Source of the DNA: Nemertoderma westbladi
Taxonomy: Eukaryota > Animalia > Xenacoelomorpha
Direction: 5' to 3'
Assembly: GCA_032718475.1 (NCBI GenBank)
Contig: JAUCBJ010001457.1
Span: 62,001 to 126,000 of the forward strand
Length of the DNA: 64,000 nt
Part shown: positions 47,848 through 61,827 of the stretch, in pieces
How positions within the stretch are numbered: position 1 is the stretch's first letter
How the letters are laid out: every line of letters starts with the position of its first letter
The notes under the pieces: generated by a model
The model's database searches: none
Told to the model about the DNA's origin: nothing
What the model saw: only the letters and a program-made list of their open reading frames with translations
Position numbers and translations under genes: made by a program

Positions 47848-48860
47848 ATGAAAGAAAATAATCCTGGGAGAGCGAACTTACTTAAATGGGGAACTCTAGT
47901 AATACTCGTCGTCCAGACAACTTTTATGGTTGTAACTCTTCGGTATTCGCGCACCTCCACCCCCGACGATTCTCCTAAGTACGTCATATCAACAGCCGTA
48001 GTCTTGGCGGAGATATTGAAAATAGGGATATGTTGCGGGACTGGTTTACTGGCAATGCGGCCGAGATGCGTCGACATTCATATCGGAACTACGAACGGAG
48101 TTTATAGACCGGTGGTACGACTTCCTTAAACTCTCTGTGCCCGGCGGTTTATACGTCGTACAAAACAATCTCCTATTCGTGGCTTTATCCTACCTCGACG
48201 CGGCGACATACCAAGTTACTTACCAACTCAAGATTCTAACGACAGCTATGTTTTCTGTGACAATGTTGAATAAACAATTAACCTGGAATAAATGGACCGC
48301 GTTGGTGGTTTTAATGGTGGGAGTCGCGTTTGTGCAGTGGCCCACCGAGTCTACTGAACACGTATCTAAGAGTTTAGGCCTCGGTGGCCAACTCATAGGG
48401 GTCTCCGCCGTGGTTGCTGCCTGTTTCAGCAGCGGTTTCGCCGGCGTTTATTTCGAGAAAATCTCTAAAAGGCAGCGAACAGAGTGTCTGGCTGCGGAAC
48501 ATACAACTCGGTGTGTTCGGAGTGTTTTTCGGGCTCGCCACCGTTGTCACCGTAGATTTCTCTTCCGTCGTTAGCGGTGGATTCTTCCAGGGTTACAGAC
48601 CCATCGTCTGGTTGGTTGTAATCAACCAGGCCGCCAGTGGTCTCATTGTAGCCGCAGTCATTAAGTACGCCGATAACATCCTCAAAGGTTTCGCTACTTC
48701 TGTTTCTATTATCAGCAGCAGTTTGTTCAGTTATCTCGTTCTCTCGGATTTTACGCCAACTTCTTATTTCGTTATCGGCAGTCTCCTGGTTATTGGTGCC
48801 ACGTTTCTGTACGGCTACGAAATTAAAGTTGGTAAATATAAAGCCGCTATAAAAGTTTAA
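47848..48860 (+). CDS. SLC35A: SLC35A-family nucleotide-sugar (UDP-GlcNAc/UDP-Gal) transporter, intronless, with two +1 frameshifts (pseudogene or sequence error)
   Basis: [16 protein letters not shown] / [37 protein letters not shown] / [20 protein letters not shown] / [17 protein letters not shown]. Removing one base at ~48038 and one at ~48464 gives a 336-aa ORF. Confidence 0.9.
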
Positions 48861-50933
48861 AGGCCACAATTATTTTATTTATTATTTGGTTTATCGTGGT
48901 TATCGTGGTTGAATAGCATTCCATTGGTTTAAACCTCTTGGTTCGTTTGTGTAGAATTTCTCGACCCGGTACCGGGTTTTCTTTTTTTACCTTCATAATC
49001 CTTTTTAGTTATATGCCAATGTATACAGGTATTCGTTGCAGCACTTCCTGAGTTTCCATTTTCCCCTCTTTAAACGTTTTCTCGGATTTATCCTATTCCC
49101 CTTTTTGTTTAATGATGAACCCCCTAAACCAATATCAACCGGGCCTATCCTATATTAACATAACTATTAAATAGATTTAGTCCGTAGAACTTCAGAACGT
49201 AGACATTTAAGCATTACAGTGCTGCTGTAGTAACTGTAATGTGGTTGTAGCAAGGACTACTATACTACTATACTACTTTAGTATAGTAGTCCTTGGGTTG
49301 TAGTTATATTGTACCGTCACCGTCACTGCAGATTTATTCATTGAAATTGAAACTTTTTGTTAATGGACAGCAGGTGTAGGTACCGGTACCGCAACTCTAT
49401 TTATTCTCTTTCTGACCAATCATTAGCTAGTACACCTACACACATATATATTTGGTGTTTGCGTCATTAACTCATTATTTTATATCTCGGGATCAACTTT
49501 TCCATCATATAAAAATCGGTACATTTCCGGTCCTCCATAGTGCTGTTAGCTTTATAGGATGTTCAAAAACTTGCTAAATAAATCGCTTTCCCAAAATGAA
49601 ACATAGTAGAGTTATTTTATATTATCATTTATCAAGAATATATCCCCGGTAAACATTTATATATTCATCTGGTGTTGTGGCGTGGATCAACCCCTGATTA
49701 AAGACCCCCACCCTTTTGGTAAAGGGGCAGGTTGAAGTTGGTGTGACCGGATTAGAGAATCGACTTAGTTGGATTTCCCAGAGGATATTCTCCGCGTATA
49801 GTGGGGATTATAGGGGGGCGTCTTGATTGCAACTTCTACACCCCCAGTGCATCTGAATGTACAAAAATGTCTTAGTCTGTCTGACTGTAAATCACAACAA
49901 TTCGAGTTTACAACAATAATTATGTACACCATAAAATCGATAAACATTAATGTTTGGAAATGTTGTGAATTTGGGATATTATTTTGATTTGTTTTAATTT
50001 GGTGAGTATTTGGCGTCCTGTGTGAGTTTTATATTGAAACTGTGGAAAGACTCAATTAATATTGTTTTGGGTATTTGGTGCATTTAATTATAGTTTCGTT
50101 TATTTTCTCAATTTGGTTGGTTATTCTGTCGAAAGGGTGTAGTAAATTTTGAGTCAAGTCAAAATGTGTCAATTTTGACAGTAAAAAATTTTCGAGTCAA
50201 ATTTTATTTATTTTTTTACATATATTATCTAATTTAATTTTGTTTCTTATTCGTGTGAGTTGGTATGCCTTAAGTCTTGCCCGTAAATACAATAAACCGA
50301 TTGATCAGTAATAAGTTTACAGTGCCTTATAGAGCTTCTATTGAAGTTTTGTATTTTTTTTTAGGATATCAGATGTTATTTATTTGTGATTAAACATTTA
50401 TATTATATATTCAATATCGTTCAGGAATAATAATTATTAATCTCTAGCAATATGATATCGTACTAATACTGTGTTTATCCATTTACCGGTACAGAGATTC
50501 GCAGTAGATAATGAACACCAACAATAATTGTCGCAGTTATAATAATGAAATTGATATTTTTAGTAATTAAATAATTGATATTTTTAAATTATGTGCAAAT
50601 AATTTTACAATCTGGAATAACTATGTAGATTCTGGCGTGTAAAGTAGCACTAATATGTGCAGATTTGAGTGGTTTGTTGTGGTGTGTTGTGACGAACGAA
50701 CATAGTGAGCGATTAAAATTAAAGCCACGAGAATCGGAACACTGAACTATTTATCTAGTTTATTATTCCAAATTGTAACATTTTACGAAACTTCTAGAGC
50801 TGTGAGGTTTACATTACTTATCCGTTGAATGTACAGCTCTATGATATGTTCTACTTTAAAGGTATAAAGTACAATACGCTGTTGAGACTAACGGTGTTAC
50901 AATTTTGGAATAAAATTACTAAAAAATTAAAGG

Positions 50934-51213
50934 TGTAATATTATGGTTTTGTTCAGAAGTGGAAAAAATGCGAATAAATGCGAGAATATATGCAACTTGA
51001 CTGCCCGTTCAATAGAAGTGGATTAGGTGAGAGTGTGAGTGTCAGGGGCTAGTGGCTGAGCTGGTTAGCGCTACTGATGAGGCCTGTTAGGCCGAAACGT
51101 ACGTAGCACTGATTCAACCCCCGGTGACGCGCTTTCGCATTTTTTCCACTTCTGAACAAAATCATAATATTACACCTTTAATTACAGTTGCAACAGCTCA
51201 TCTCCACTTTATT
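50934..51213 (+). mobile_element. Small retroposed element (Penelope-like pLTR fragment or retrozyme) with 14-bp TSD
   Basis: taaaaaattaaagg is duplicated at 50920-50933 and 51214-51227; 49/50-bp inverted repeat at 50925-50974 / 51134-51183; hammerhead core inside. Confidence 0.75.
51063..51114 (+). ncRNA. Type I hammerhead ribozyme-like motif (cleavage triplet non-canonical or degenerate)
   Basis: Stem I ggttagcgcta/tagcactgatt; CTGATGA at 51074-51080; stem II ggcct-gtt-aggcc; GAAA at 51094-51097; palindromic stem III ACGTACGT. Confidence 0.75.
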
Positions 51214-52003
51214 TAAAAAATTAAAGGAATATTAACTCTATTACAAGTTATTGGGGAAAAATAAATTCATAAAAAATTCGATTTTGGATTTTAAACTCCA
51301 TTTAGGCCTACTTATACTACACAGTATTGGCAACCTATTGAACAAATCATTAAGCTGTCATTTGGTCGTTTTCTAAACTTTTGGAGGCTAATAATTCCAA
51401 ACTAATGCACGTAATGGAAATCCTTTTACTGAGTTACACCTAGTGTATATTAGAAAATTTATTTATGTTTTATTAAAATCCAGGCATCATATAGGTAGAC
51501 ATTCATCAAAAAATAATAATTGTAAATTTATGTTTATCTTAATTTTTTATATGAAAGTGTAAAATTTATTTTAATATATGTAAATATTTAAATTAAAAAA
51601 TTTAATAGTTCATTAATATTAAAAATACAATTATCTTACATGCCACGATCTTATCAATAAAAAAATATATTTATATTTTTGAAACAAATCTAATTTTGTT
51701 TATAATGTAATTCTTAGGAGGTGAAGGTACAACGTATGTTATAAAGAAGGGTGGTAATAAGGGCTACCAATTTCCAAGATTTGGCCGATAAAAAAGAAAA
51801 GCCACTATGGGGTAAGTTATACTTATACTGTTATAGTATATTGCAAGTAAATTCTATTAGATCATCTGTGACACATGTTATTTTTGTTACAATGTTATTA
51901 CCGAGTGCCACACATTCTCTCCTTTTCTATAAGTGGTTTTATGTAACAGGTGGATAAGTCAGATATTTTGTCACCTTCATCAAGGTTGTTAACTGGTCAA
52001 TCC

Positions 52004-55000
52004 CTGGTGAACGGTGAACTACTGCCGACTAAAGCTGTACTGGCTACTGATATACAGCAGCTCCACTGGTGAACTACTCCCGACTCAAAGCTGTACTGGC
52101 TACTGATCTACAGCAGCTCCACTAGTGAACTACTGCCGACTCAAAGCTGTACTGACTACTGATCTATAGCAGCTCCACTGGTTAACTACTGCCGACTCAA
52201 AGCTGTACTGACTACTGGTCTACTGGTGAACTACTGCCGACTCAAATCTGTACTGGCTACTGATCTAGCAGCTCCACCAGTGAACTACTGCCGACTCAAA
52301 GCTGTACTGGCTACTGATCTACAACAGCTCCACTGGTGAACTACTGCCGACTCAAAGCTGTACTGGCTACTGATCTACAGCAGCTCCACCAGTGAACTAC
52401 TGCCGACTCAAAGCTGTACTGGCTACTGATCTACAGCAGCTCCACCAGTGAACTACTGCCGACTCAAAGCTGTACTGGCTACTGATCTACAGCAGCTCCA
52501 CTGGTGAACTACTGCCGACTCAAAGCTGTACTGGCTAATGATCTACAGCATCTCCACTGGTGAGCTGCTGCCGAGTCAAAGCTGTACTGACTACTGATGC
52601 TGATACAGCAGCTCCACTGGTGAACTACTCCCGACTCAAAGCTGTACTGGCTACTGATCTACAGCAGCTCCACTGGTGAACTACTGCCGACTCAAAGCTG
52701 TACTGGCTACTGATCTACAGCAGCTCCACTGGTGAACTACTGCCGACTCAAAGCTGTACTGACTACTGATACTGATACAGCAGCTCCACTGGTGAACTAC
52801 TGCCGACTCAAAGCTGTACTGGCTACTGATCTACAGCAGCTCCACCAGTGAACTACTGCCGACTCAAAGCTGTACTGGCTACTGATCTACAACAGCTCCA
52901 CTGTTGAACTACTGCCGACTCAAATCTGTACTGGCTACTGATCTAGCAGCTCCACTAGTGAACTACTGGTACTGCCGACACAAAGATGTACTGACTACTG
53001 ATCTACGGCAGCTCCACTGGTGAACTACTGCCGACTCAAAGCTGCACTGGCTACTGATATACAGCAGCTCCACTGGTGAACTACTGACGACTCAAAACTG
53101 TACTGGCTACTGATCTACAGCAGCTCCACTGGTGAACTACTGCCGACTCAAAGCTGTACTGGCTACTGATCTATACAGCAACTCCACTGGTGAACTACTG
53201 CCGACTCAAAGCTGTACTGGCTACTGATCTATACAGCAGCTCCACTGGTGAACTACTGCCGACTCAAAGCTGTACTGGCTACTGATCTAGCAGCTCCACT
53301 GGTGAACTACTGCCGACTCAAAGCTGTACTGGCTACTGATCTACAGCAGCTCCACTGGTGAACTACTGCCGACTCAAAGCTGTACTGGCTACTGATCTAC
53401 AGCAGCTCCACTGGTGAACTACTGCCGACTCAAAGCTGTACTGACTACTGATCTACAGCAGCTCCCACTAGTGAACAAAGCGGTACTGACTACTGATCTA
53501 CAGCAGCTCCACTGGTGAACTACTGCCGACTCAAAGCTGTACTGGCTACTGATCTACAGCAGCTCCACTGGTGAACTACTGCCGACTCAAAGCTGTACTG
53601 GCTACTGATCTACAGCAGCTCCACTGGTGAACTACTGCCGACTCAAATCTTTACTGGCTACTGATCTACTGGTGAACTACTGCCGACACAAAGCTGTACT
53701 GATATACTGGTGAACTACTGCCGACTCAAAGCTGTACTGACTACTGGTCAACTGGTGAACTACTGCCGACTCAATGCTGTACTGACCACTGATCTACAGC
53801 AGCTCCACTAGTGAACTACTGCCGACTCAAATCTGTACTGGCTACTGATCTACTGGTGAACTACTGCCGACTCAAAGCAGTACTGACTACTGATCTACAG
53901 CAGCTCCACTGGTGAACTACTGCCGACTCAAATCTGTACTGGCTACTGATCTACTGGTGAACTACTGCCGACTCAAAGCTGTACTGACTACTGATCTACA
54001 GCAGCTCCACTGGTTAACTACTGCCGACTCAAAGCTGTCCTGGCTACTGGTGAACTACTGCCGACTCAAAGCTGTACTGACTACTGATCTACAGCAGCTC
54101 CACTGGTTAACTACTGCCGACTCAAAGCTGTACTGACTACTGGTCTACTGGTGAACTACTGCCGACTCAAAGCTGTACTGGCTACTGATCTACAGCAGCT
54201 CCACTGATGAACTACTGCCGACTCAAAGTTGTACTGACTACTGATCTAGCAGCTCCACTGGTGAACTACTGCCGACTCAAAGCTGTACTGACTACTGATC
54301 TACAGCAGCTCCACTGGTGAACTACTGCCGACTCAAAGCTGTACTGGCTACTGATCTAGCAGCTCCACTGGTGAACTACTGCTGACTCAAAGCTGTACTC
54401 ACTACTGATCTACAGCAGCTCCACTGGTGAACTACTGCCGACTCAAAACTGTACTGACTACTGATCTACTGGTGAACTACTGCCGACTCAAAGCTGTACT
54501 GACTACTGATCTACAGCAGCTCCACTGGTTAACTACTGCCGACTCAAAGCTGTACTGACTACTGGTCTACTGGTGAACTACTGCTGACTCAAAGCTGTAC
54601 TCACTACTGATCTACAGCAGCTCCACTGGTTAACTACTGCCGACTCAAAGCTGTACTGGCTACTGATCTAGCAGCTCCACTGGTGAACTACTGCCGACAC
54701 AAAGCTGTACTGACTACTGATCTAGCAGCTCCACTGGTGAACTACTGCCGACTCAAAGCTGTACTGACTACTGATCTACAGCAGCTCCACTAGTGAACTA
54801 CTGCCGACTCAAAGCTGTACTGACTACTGATCTACAGCAGCTCCACTGGTGAACTACTGCCGACTCAAAGCTGTACTGGCTACTGATCTACTGGTGAACT
54901 ACTGCCGACTCAAAGCTGTACTGACTACTGATCTACAGCAGCTCCACTGGTGAACTACTGCCGACTCAAAGCTGTACTGGCTACTGATCTACAGCAACTC

Positions 55001-56903
55001 CACTGGTGAACTACTGCCGACTCAAAACTGCACTGGCTACTGATCTAGCAGCTCCACTGGTGAACTACTGCCGACTCAAAGCTGTACTGGCTACTGATCT
55101 ACAGCAGCTCCACTGGTGAACTACTGCCGACTCAAAGCTGTACTGGCTACTGATCTACAGCAGCTCCACTGGTGAACTACTGCCGACTCAAAGCTGTACT
55201 GACTACTGATACTGATACAGCAGCTCCACTGGTGAACTACTGCCGACTCAAAGCTGTACTGGCTACTGATCTACAGCAGCTCCACCAGTGAACTACTGCC
55301 GACTCAAAGCTGTACTGGCTACTGATCTACAACAGCTCCACTGGTGAACTACTGCCGACTCAAAGCTGTACTGGCTACTGATCTACAGCAGCTCCACCAG
55401 TGAACTACTGCCGACTCAAAGCTGTACTGGCTACTGATCTACAGCAGCTCCACCAGTGAACTACTGCCGACTCAAAGCTGTACTGGCTACTGATCTACAG
55501 CAGCTCCACTGGTGAACTACTGCCGACTCAAAGCTGTACTGGCTAATGATCTACAGCATCTCCACTGGTGAGCTGCTGCCGAGTCAAAGCTGTACTGACT
55601 ACTGATGCTGATACAGCAGCTCCACTGGTGAACTACTCCCGACTCAAAGCTGTACTGGCTACTGATCTACAGCAGCTCCACTGGTGAACTACTGCCGACT
55701 CAAAGCTGTACTGGCTACTGATCTACAGCAGCTCCACTGGTGAACTACTGCCGACTCAAAGCTGTACTGACTACTGATACTGATACAGCAGCTCCACTGG
55801 TGAACTACTGCCGACTCAAAGCTGTACTGGCTACTGATCTACAGCAGCTCCACCAGTGAACTACTGCCGACTCAAAGCTGTACTGGCTACTGATCTACAA
55901 CAGCTCCACTGTTGAACTACTGCCGACTCAAAGCTGTACTGGCTACTGATCTACAGCAGCTCCACTGGTGAACTACTGCCGACTCAAAGCTGTACTGACT
56001 ACTGATACTGATACAGCAGCTCCACTGGTGAACTACTGCCGACTCAAAGCTGTACTGGCTACTGATCTACAGCAGCTCCACCAGTGAACTACTCCCGACT
56101 CAAAGCTGTACTGGCTACTGATCTACAGCAGCTCCACTGGTGAACTACTGCCGACTCAAAGCTGTACTGGCTACTGATCTACAGCAGCTCCACTGGTGAA
56201 CTACTGCCGACTCAAAGCTGTACTGACTACTGATCTACAGCAGCTCCACTGGTTAACTACTGCCGACTCAAAGCTGTACTGACTACTGATCTACAGCAGC
56301 TCCACTGGTTAACTACTGCCGACTCAAAGCTGTACTGACTACTGATGCTGATACAGCAGCTCCACTGGTGAACTACTGCCGACTCAAAGCTGTACTGGCT
56401 ACTGATCTACAGCAGCTCCACCAGTGAACTACTGCCGACTCAAAGCTGTACTGGCTACTGATCTACAGCAGCTCCACTGGTGAACTACTGCCGACTCAAA
56501 GCTGTACTGACTACTGATCTACAGCAGCTCCACTGGTTAACTACTGCCGACTCAAAGCTGTACTGACTACTGATGCTGATACAGCAGCTCCACTGGTGAA
56601 CTACTGCCGACTCAAAGCTGTACTGGCTACTGATCTACAGCAGCTCCACCAGTGAACTACTGCCGACTCAAAGCTGTACTGGCTACTGATCTACAACAGC
56701 TCCACTGGTGAACTACTGCCGACTCAAAGCTGTACTGGCTACTGATCTACAGCAGCTCCACCAGTGAACTACTGCCGACTCAAAGCTGTACTGGCTACTG
56801 ATCTACAGCAGCTCCACTGGTGAACTACTGCCGACTCAAAGCTGTACTGGCTACTGATCTACATCAGCTCCACTGGTGAACTACTGCCGACTCAAAGCTG
56901 TAC
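52004..56903. repeat. Minisatellite D, 56-bp unit (variants of about 44, 54 and 62 bp; ~88 units)
   Basis: Unit ctggtgaactactgccgactcaaagctgtactggctactgatctacagcagctcca. Confidence 0.98.
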
Positions 56904-59276
56904 ACTCACACTGGTGAGGTGAACTAACGCGGTAAAGTAGAGATAACAGGCTACACTAAATCTACCACGTAGGTATTATTATATTAAAGGTCCCATGTCA
57001 TGGAAGGCTACAGTATTAGCTAGTCGTCATGATGTGATGGATGTTTCTATAGTTTTTACTAGTATAATGTTCTCTAATTAACTTCATTACTTTATCGTAT
57101 AACGTTTTAGACACAACTGGTGCAACGTTCATTATATATCTTTACAACGCCGGGATCTACATCATTCAACAAAGGGAAAGATACAATGACTCGCATTCAT
57201 TATATAAACTATGTTCGATACTAAAATGTATAAAGATGATTTGCCTTTAGGTATATTAGTTAGGCCTATATCTACATCTGTATAATTAACTGTCAAACAT
57301 TATAGCGAATATTTGTCTATTATAAGATATTGAAATGATATAGCGCTATTTTATTCTTTGTTGGCTATTCTTGTTTAAAATTACAATGATTTCAATTTTC
57401 GAAAGTATTTGACATATATATAATATATTAATATATGTACGCCCCCAGTCGGGGTAATTCGCCATTATACATAAACTACGTGTGTGTCCTACCCATTTAA
57501 ACATTGTCTGACTATTTATTTATTTATATCAGGCTGTTTGTAATTCTTACATTGATTCTCCAATATCAGGAACATTTGCTATTTTTCAATGAGAGGATTC
57601 CGCGGATTGCCCAGTTTAGCGGAAAATAAAGGACGCTTTGAATGCGTAATAGGGGTGAATTATATAACGTTTTGGCGTTATCGCAAGATGTTTCCCGGAA
57701 GTAAGTATTTCTACTGGTCGGCCTTCCATCAAAGGCAGACTGATACCATTTCAAAAATTATATTGTGTTTATTTTGGCACGGAAATTGCCATCCAAATAG
57801 CTTCAGTGTTAAGTGAGTGGAAAAATTATTTTCAACGAAAAATTTCCAAAATATTTAGTCGAAAACTTAATACTCACCGTTCCGGGAAAACGTGACATTC
57901 AATGTAATTAGGATTTTGTGTCGGGAAATACCAACTCCGCCTCATTTGCTTCAAACAGTCACATTAAACTCAACACCCTTGAAGACCCTAAAGTTTTTTT
58001 AGATTTCTCGCTGTCTCTGTTTCTATCCTCATGCACCCTTTATCGCGTTATACTTCGCTCAAACATAAAAATCCACTAACATCACGCGTGTACGTAACTA
58101 ATTTATGGCTTTATGACAGTTTTGCTTTTCAATTGCGTGCCATGGACCGGACAGTTCTGGGGCCTTCGTGCAGGAGAACTGTAGGTAATCATATCAGTGA
58201 CATGTTATCATAATGTATGTAGGCCTACTTATGGTGAGTTACATATAATAAGTATTGGTTTCCGCCCAAGGCTTACTGATACTACAGTATACTGTACTAG
58301 GGTGGCTGAATGTGGCCTCATTAATATAAAAAATTGTTTCTTTTTAAATGTACAAGCAAACCGCGGGTTATTATTCCAAACTCTCGTTTATTGTTTTGGT
58401 TCCTTTCAACCCGCCTCTGCAATCTGTTTCTTTGCTGAGCTAAGTCTGGCTCACAGCCGTTGAGCTTGTACCTTTAAGTGAAACGATTTCTGATATTAAA
58501 GTTGTCATATTCATCCATTGTATACACCCCAAGGCCATAATGCCATCAGTCAACTGGGGGCGGTGAGGGGGTACGTTTTTTGTAAGATTTATAGCAGAGA
58601 TTTCCTTACGTTATTACAATTTATGCAAAAATACACTTTGGTATGACAGTATAAGTAATTGAAAGTAATGCATCTTACTGTAGCTTATGTTAGTTTTCAA
58701 TTATGAGATTAATTTATCATTCGGAGTGTCATTTTAATCACATCCTACAGCCGTTACCAATTGAAAATTAATGAATAACTTTATTACCCTAATTTAGCAA
58801 TTCTGTAATACTTAGACCAAGCGTTTTTCGTTTCATGCGTTTCTCTATCTAGTGCTTCCGACAAACACACAACACATTTCGAAAACAGCCATAGTATAAT
58901 AATTATAACAATTCAGTGATGGATTTAAATGAACAATTCCTTTATTTGTCAGCTTGACTGAATTAAACACATTTGAAATGATGGCTCAGAGTTCGATTAC
59001 CCCCCTACCATAACGTGTTCAATTCAACACGTAGTAAGTTTCACCCAAATCAGATCACATCACCTTTTCTAGCACGTTCGCTCTCTCACACAGTATTTTG
59101 AAGAAAGTACTTAAACTCAAATCGATAATTATCTGGGAAATTAGTGTGATGTAAGGTCATCACATCCGGAGTTCGAAGATAGGAAAGAGAGCACCCATGC
59201 GACGGTCCAGGAATAAAATCCTCTTTGAGTAGATTATATCGATTTTTAAAGTCGATGGTCCAACACAAACACCGCT

Positions 59277-59333
59277 CGCCTTACCGCCAACGGGATAGGT
59301 TGAGCGCCTTACCGCCAACGGGATAGCTTGAGC
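59277..59333. repeat. 28-bp tandem duplication
   Basis: cgccttaccgccaacgggatag(g/c)ttgag x2. Confidence 0.85.
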
Positions 59334-60179
59334 AATGTCTACCTCGGCTTAGGCCTCAACAAACCTATTTATTGATTGCCATCACTCTCGATACCATATA
59401 GGGTGTATTGGGACAATAATCGTGTGACACTCGGAATACTAAAACTGTTGGGTTAGTAGATCAATGTGTTGATTTATGTAGCAAACGTAGCTAAAGGTAT
59501 AATATAGCTAAAGGGAGACGGAATAGGCGTTGACCAAAGGCCGATAAAACACCAGAATAATATTAAAATGATATCGATAATAATAGAATTTAACAAAAAC
59601 CATGTTACTTTTCCTTGTGGAACTCCAATCTAACCTGACTTAACACTCAAACCGGAGGGTTTTGGGCTATTAAACTTGTTCTGTTGATGTTGTGTGGTGG
59701 GTGATTAAAGCATACATCCCCATGGCAGTGAAGTATTAGTAGTGTTAGTGTAGGACGCACGCAGAAACAAATTCTAAGTCCCAATCAGTTATCCAACTTC
59801 GCTTGCATTTACCTGATACGCAATTATTTTTGAATTAACTGGGTTCTAAAATTTTGAAAAATAATTCGAACTATTCCTGATTTCTATCAGTAACATCGGA
59901 TCACAGCTGGCCGCGCCCTCTTACATTGCCGCTATGGGATAAGTTGCCCTGGGGTCAAAGTTGTAGTACATCGTGAACCACAAGTTTGGGAGAAAAAGTT
60001 AAATATATTGGGGCGCTTTTATCATAATTTAACATCCTAGGCGATGCTTCGTTAATCACAATATAAGTAAACGTAATTATTGAATGGTTTTATCTTGAAT
60101 AATACGCAGCTGCTTGCGTGATTATTCTCAGATTTGTTCGTGATTGCTGATACCATCCTACATAGAGGGTTAATCTAGG

Positions 60180-61450
60180 TAAAGCCCGAACGCGTGAATC
60201 TCCAGGGATGTAGCTGATATAACTTTACTACGTCAAATAATGTGGCCTTTGCATACTTAGCAAACAGAGTGTAAGTCTGCGATGTTAACATTCGATAACT
60301 TCATAATATATCATATAGGCTCTCACAACGCAGCAATCTCAAACCCCTGGTGAATCTGAAGAAAGTCACTAAACACAAGGAACCCTCATCACTCCCCACG
60401 CAATGCGGCAAGTAGAACTAACATGCTTGTAAGGTGCATCTTGCATCAGTCGACATCCAATAACATCGGTTGAGGTCTGAGCATCTACCAGACAATAGGA
60501 GTCGTCCTCAGTTCATCGGATAACAGAGGTGCGGGTGGTGTTGGTCTTCTTATAAAACATACTACCGATGCCGCCTTGGATAAGTTTGGCTGGCCACTTC
60601 ACCAGTAGAGTCGTCCGCTGCTACTATTATAAGGTGGAATATGCCAGTGGAAGCCGAACAGGCTTATAGATTGAGCAAATAAAATCGGATCTAGTCAGTG
60701 AGCAGACTATTGATGAGTGGAAGAAGGAACCAACGAGCAAATGTGGCACTAGAAGGACTGATAACTACAAGCTAGGCTGCAATCAAATCACTGTATGACG
60801 GATAGATGGAGATACAGATTCATTTGAAGTGTAATGGAATGGGGTGTCCTTCAAAGTGAGACACTTTATTATTGTGGTGGACTGCGAATGTGTCTCGACC
60901 ACCATATTATAGATGAACAAAACCAGTCAGTTGCATTAGAATTACGGGATCAATATCATTGGCAGACCTCGACTTTGCAGATGATCTAGGTTTAACAGGC
61001 AGTATTCAAAGTTTGTCTATTTGTAAACGCAACTAAAATCAAAATACTCACTGTAACCTTGGATTCTCCTCCACCAACACAACGGATATATTGACCCTGG
61101 TTGGTCGCGTAGCTGCTGAAGGCAAGGCTTGGTCTGCATTAAATAATCTATCACTGGTCAATCCGTCGCTGGATGACAATATATTAAGGGCAGCAGTAGA
61201 GGTTTTGGTTCTAGATGGCTGCCCTGCTCGTCTACAGCATAAGACACCAAATCCCTTCATGGTGCATACACCTCAATGCTACACATGGATCATGGTATAA
61301 GATACAATGTACGCAGCATTATACAGTTTCAGTAGTAACCTATTATTGCCGAAACCCAGCAACACCCTGCAGGCACTACTACCTCTGAAAACTGATCACC
61401 CTGTGGCCTGTGCATGATATTGTTGTATGGCAGCCAAGATGAGTTAAATG
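60180..61450 (+). pseudogene. Heavily decayed, internally deleted RTE-clade LINE
   Basis: Fragments GGVGLLI (endonuclease), DGDTDSFEV..GVLQ, DLDFADDL, KAWSALNNL, AGH, WQP in the expected order, with many frameshifts. Confidence 0.7.
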
Positions 61451-61827
61451 TTAAAATTGTGGCGGATTATACTTAATTTACAATGCAAAATTTAAATTAT
61501 TATCATATCAATATACACCACTTCCTTATCAGTGATCGATGCCATAATGATATATATTCCATAACATAAACTTAAAAATTAAATTATATAAAATAAAGAG
61601 CCAAATTCGAAGAATAAGTCATTAATATCAACAAATTACAAATATACATATAATATAATAATATGATGCAAAATCGTTAAATGGACAATTAATAATTAAA
61701 TAATAATTTCTTACAATAAAAGTTGTCGGAATAATTTCAACATCTACATGAGCCGGTGTCACTTGATAAATTTGACGGGAATTAATCAGCTAGAAAATAA
61801 AAGCGAAATCTGAAAGATGGGAATTGT

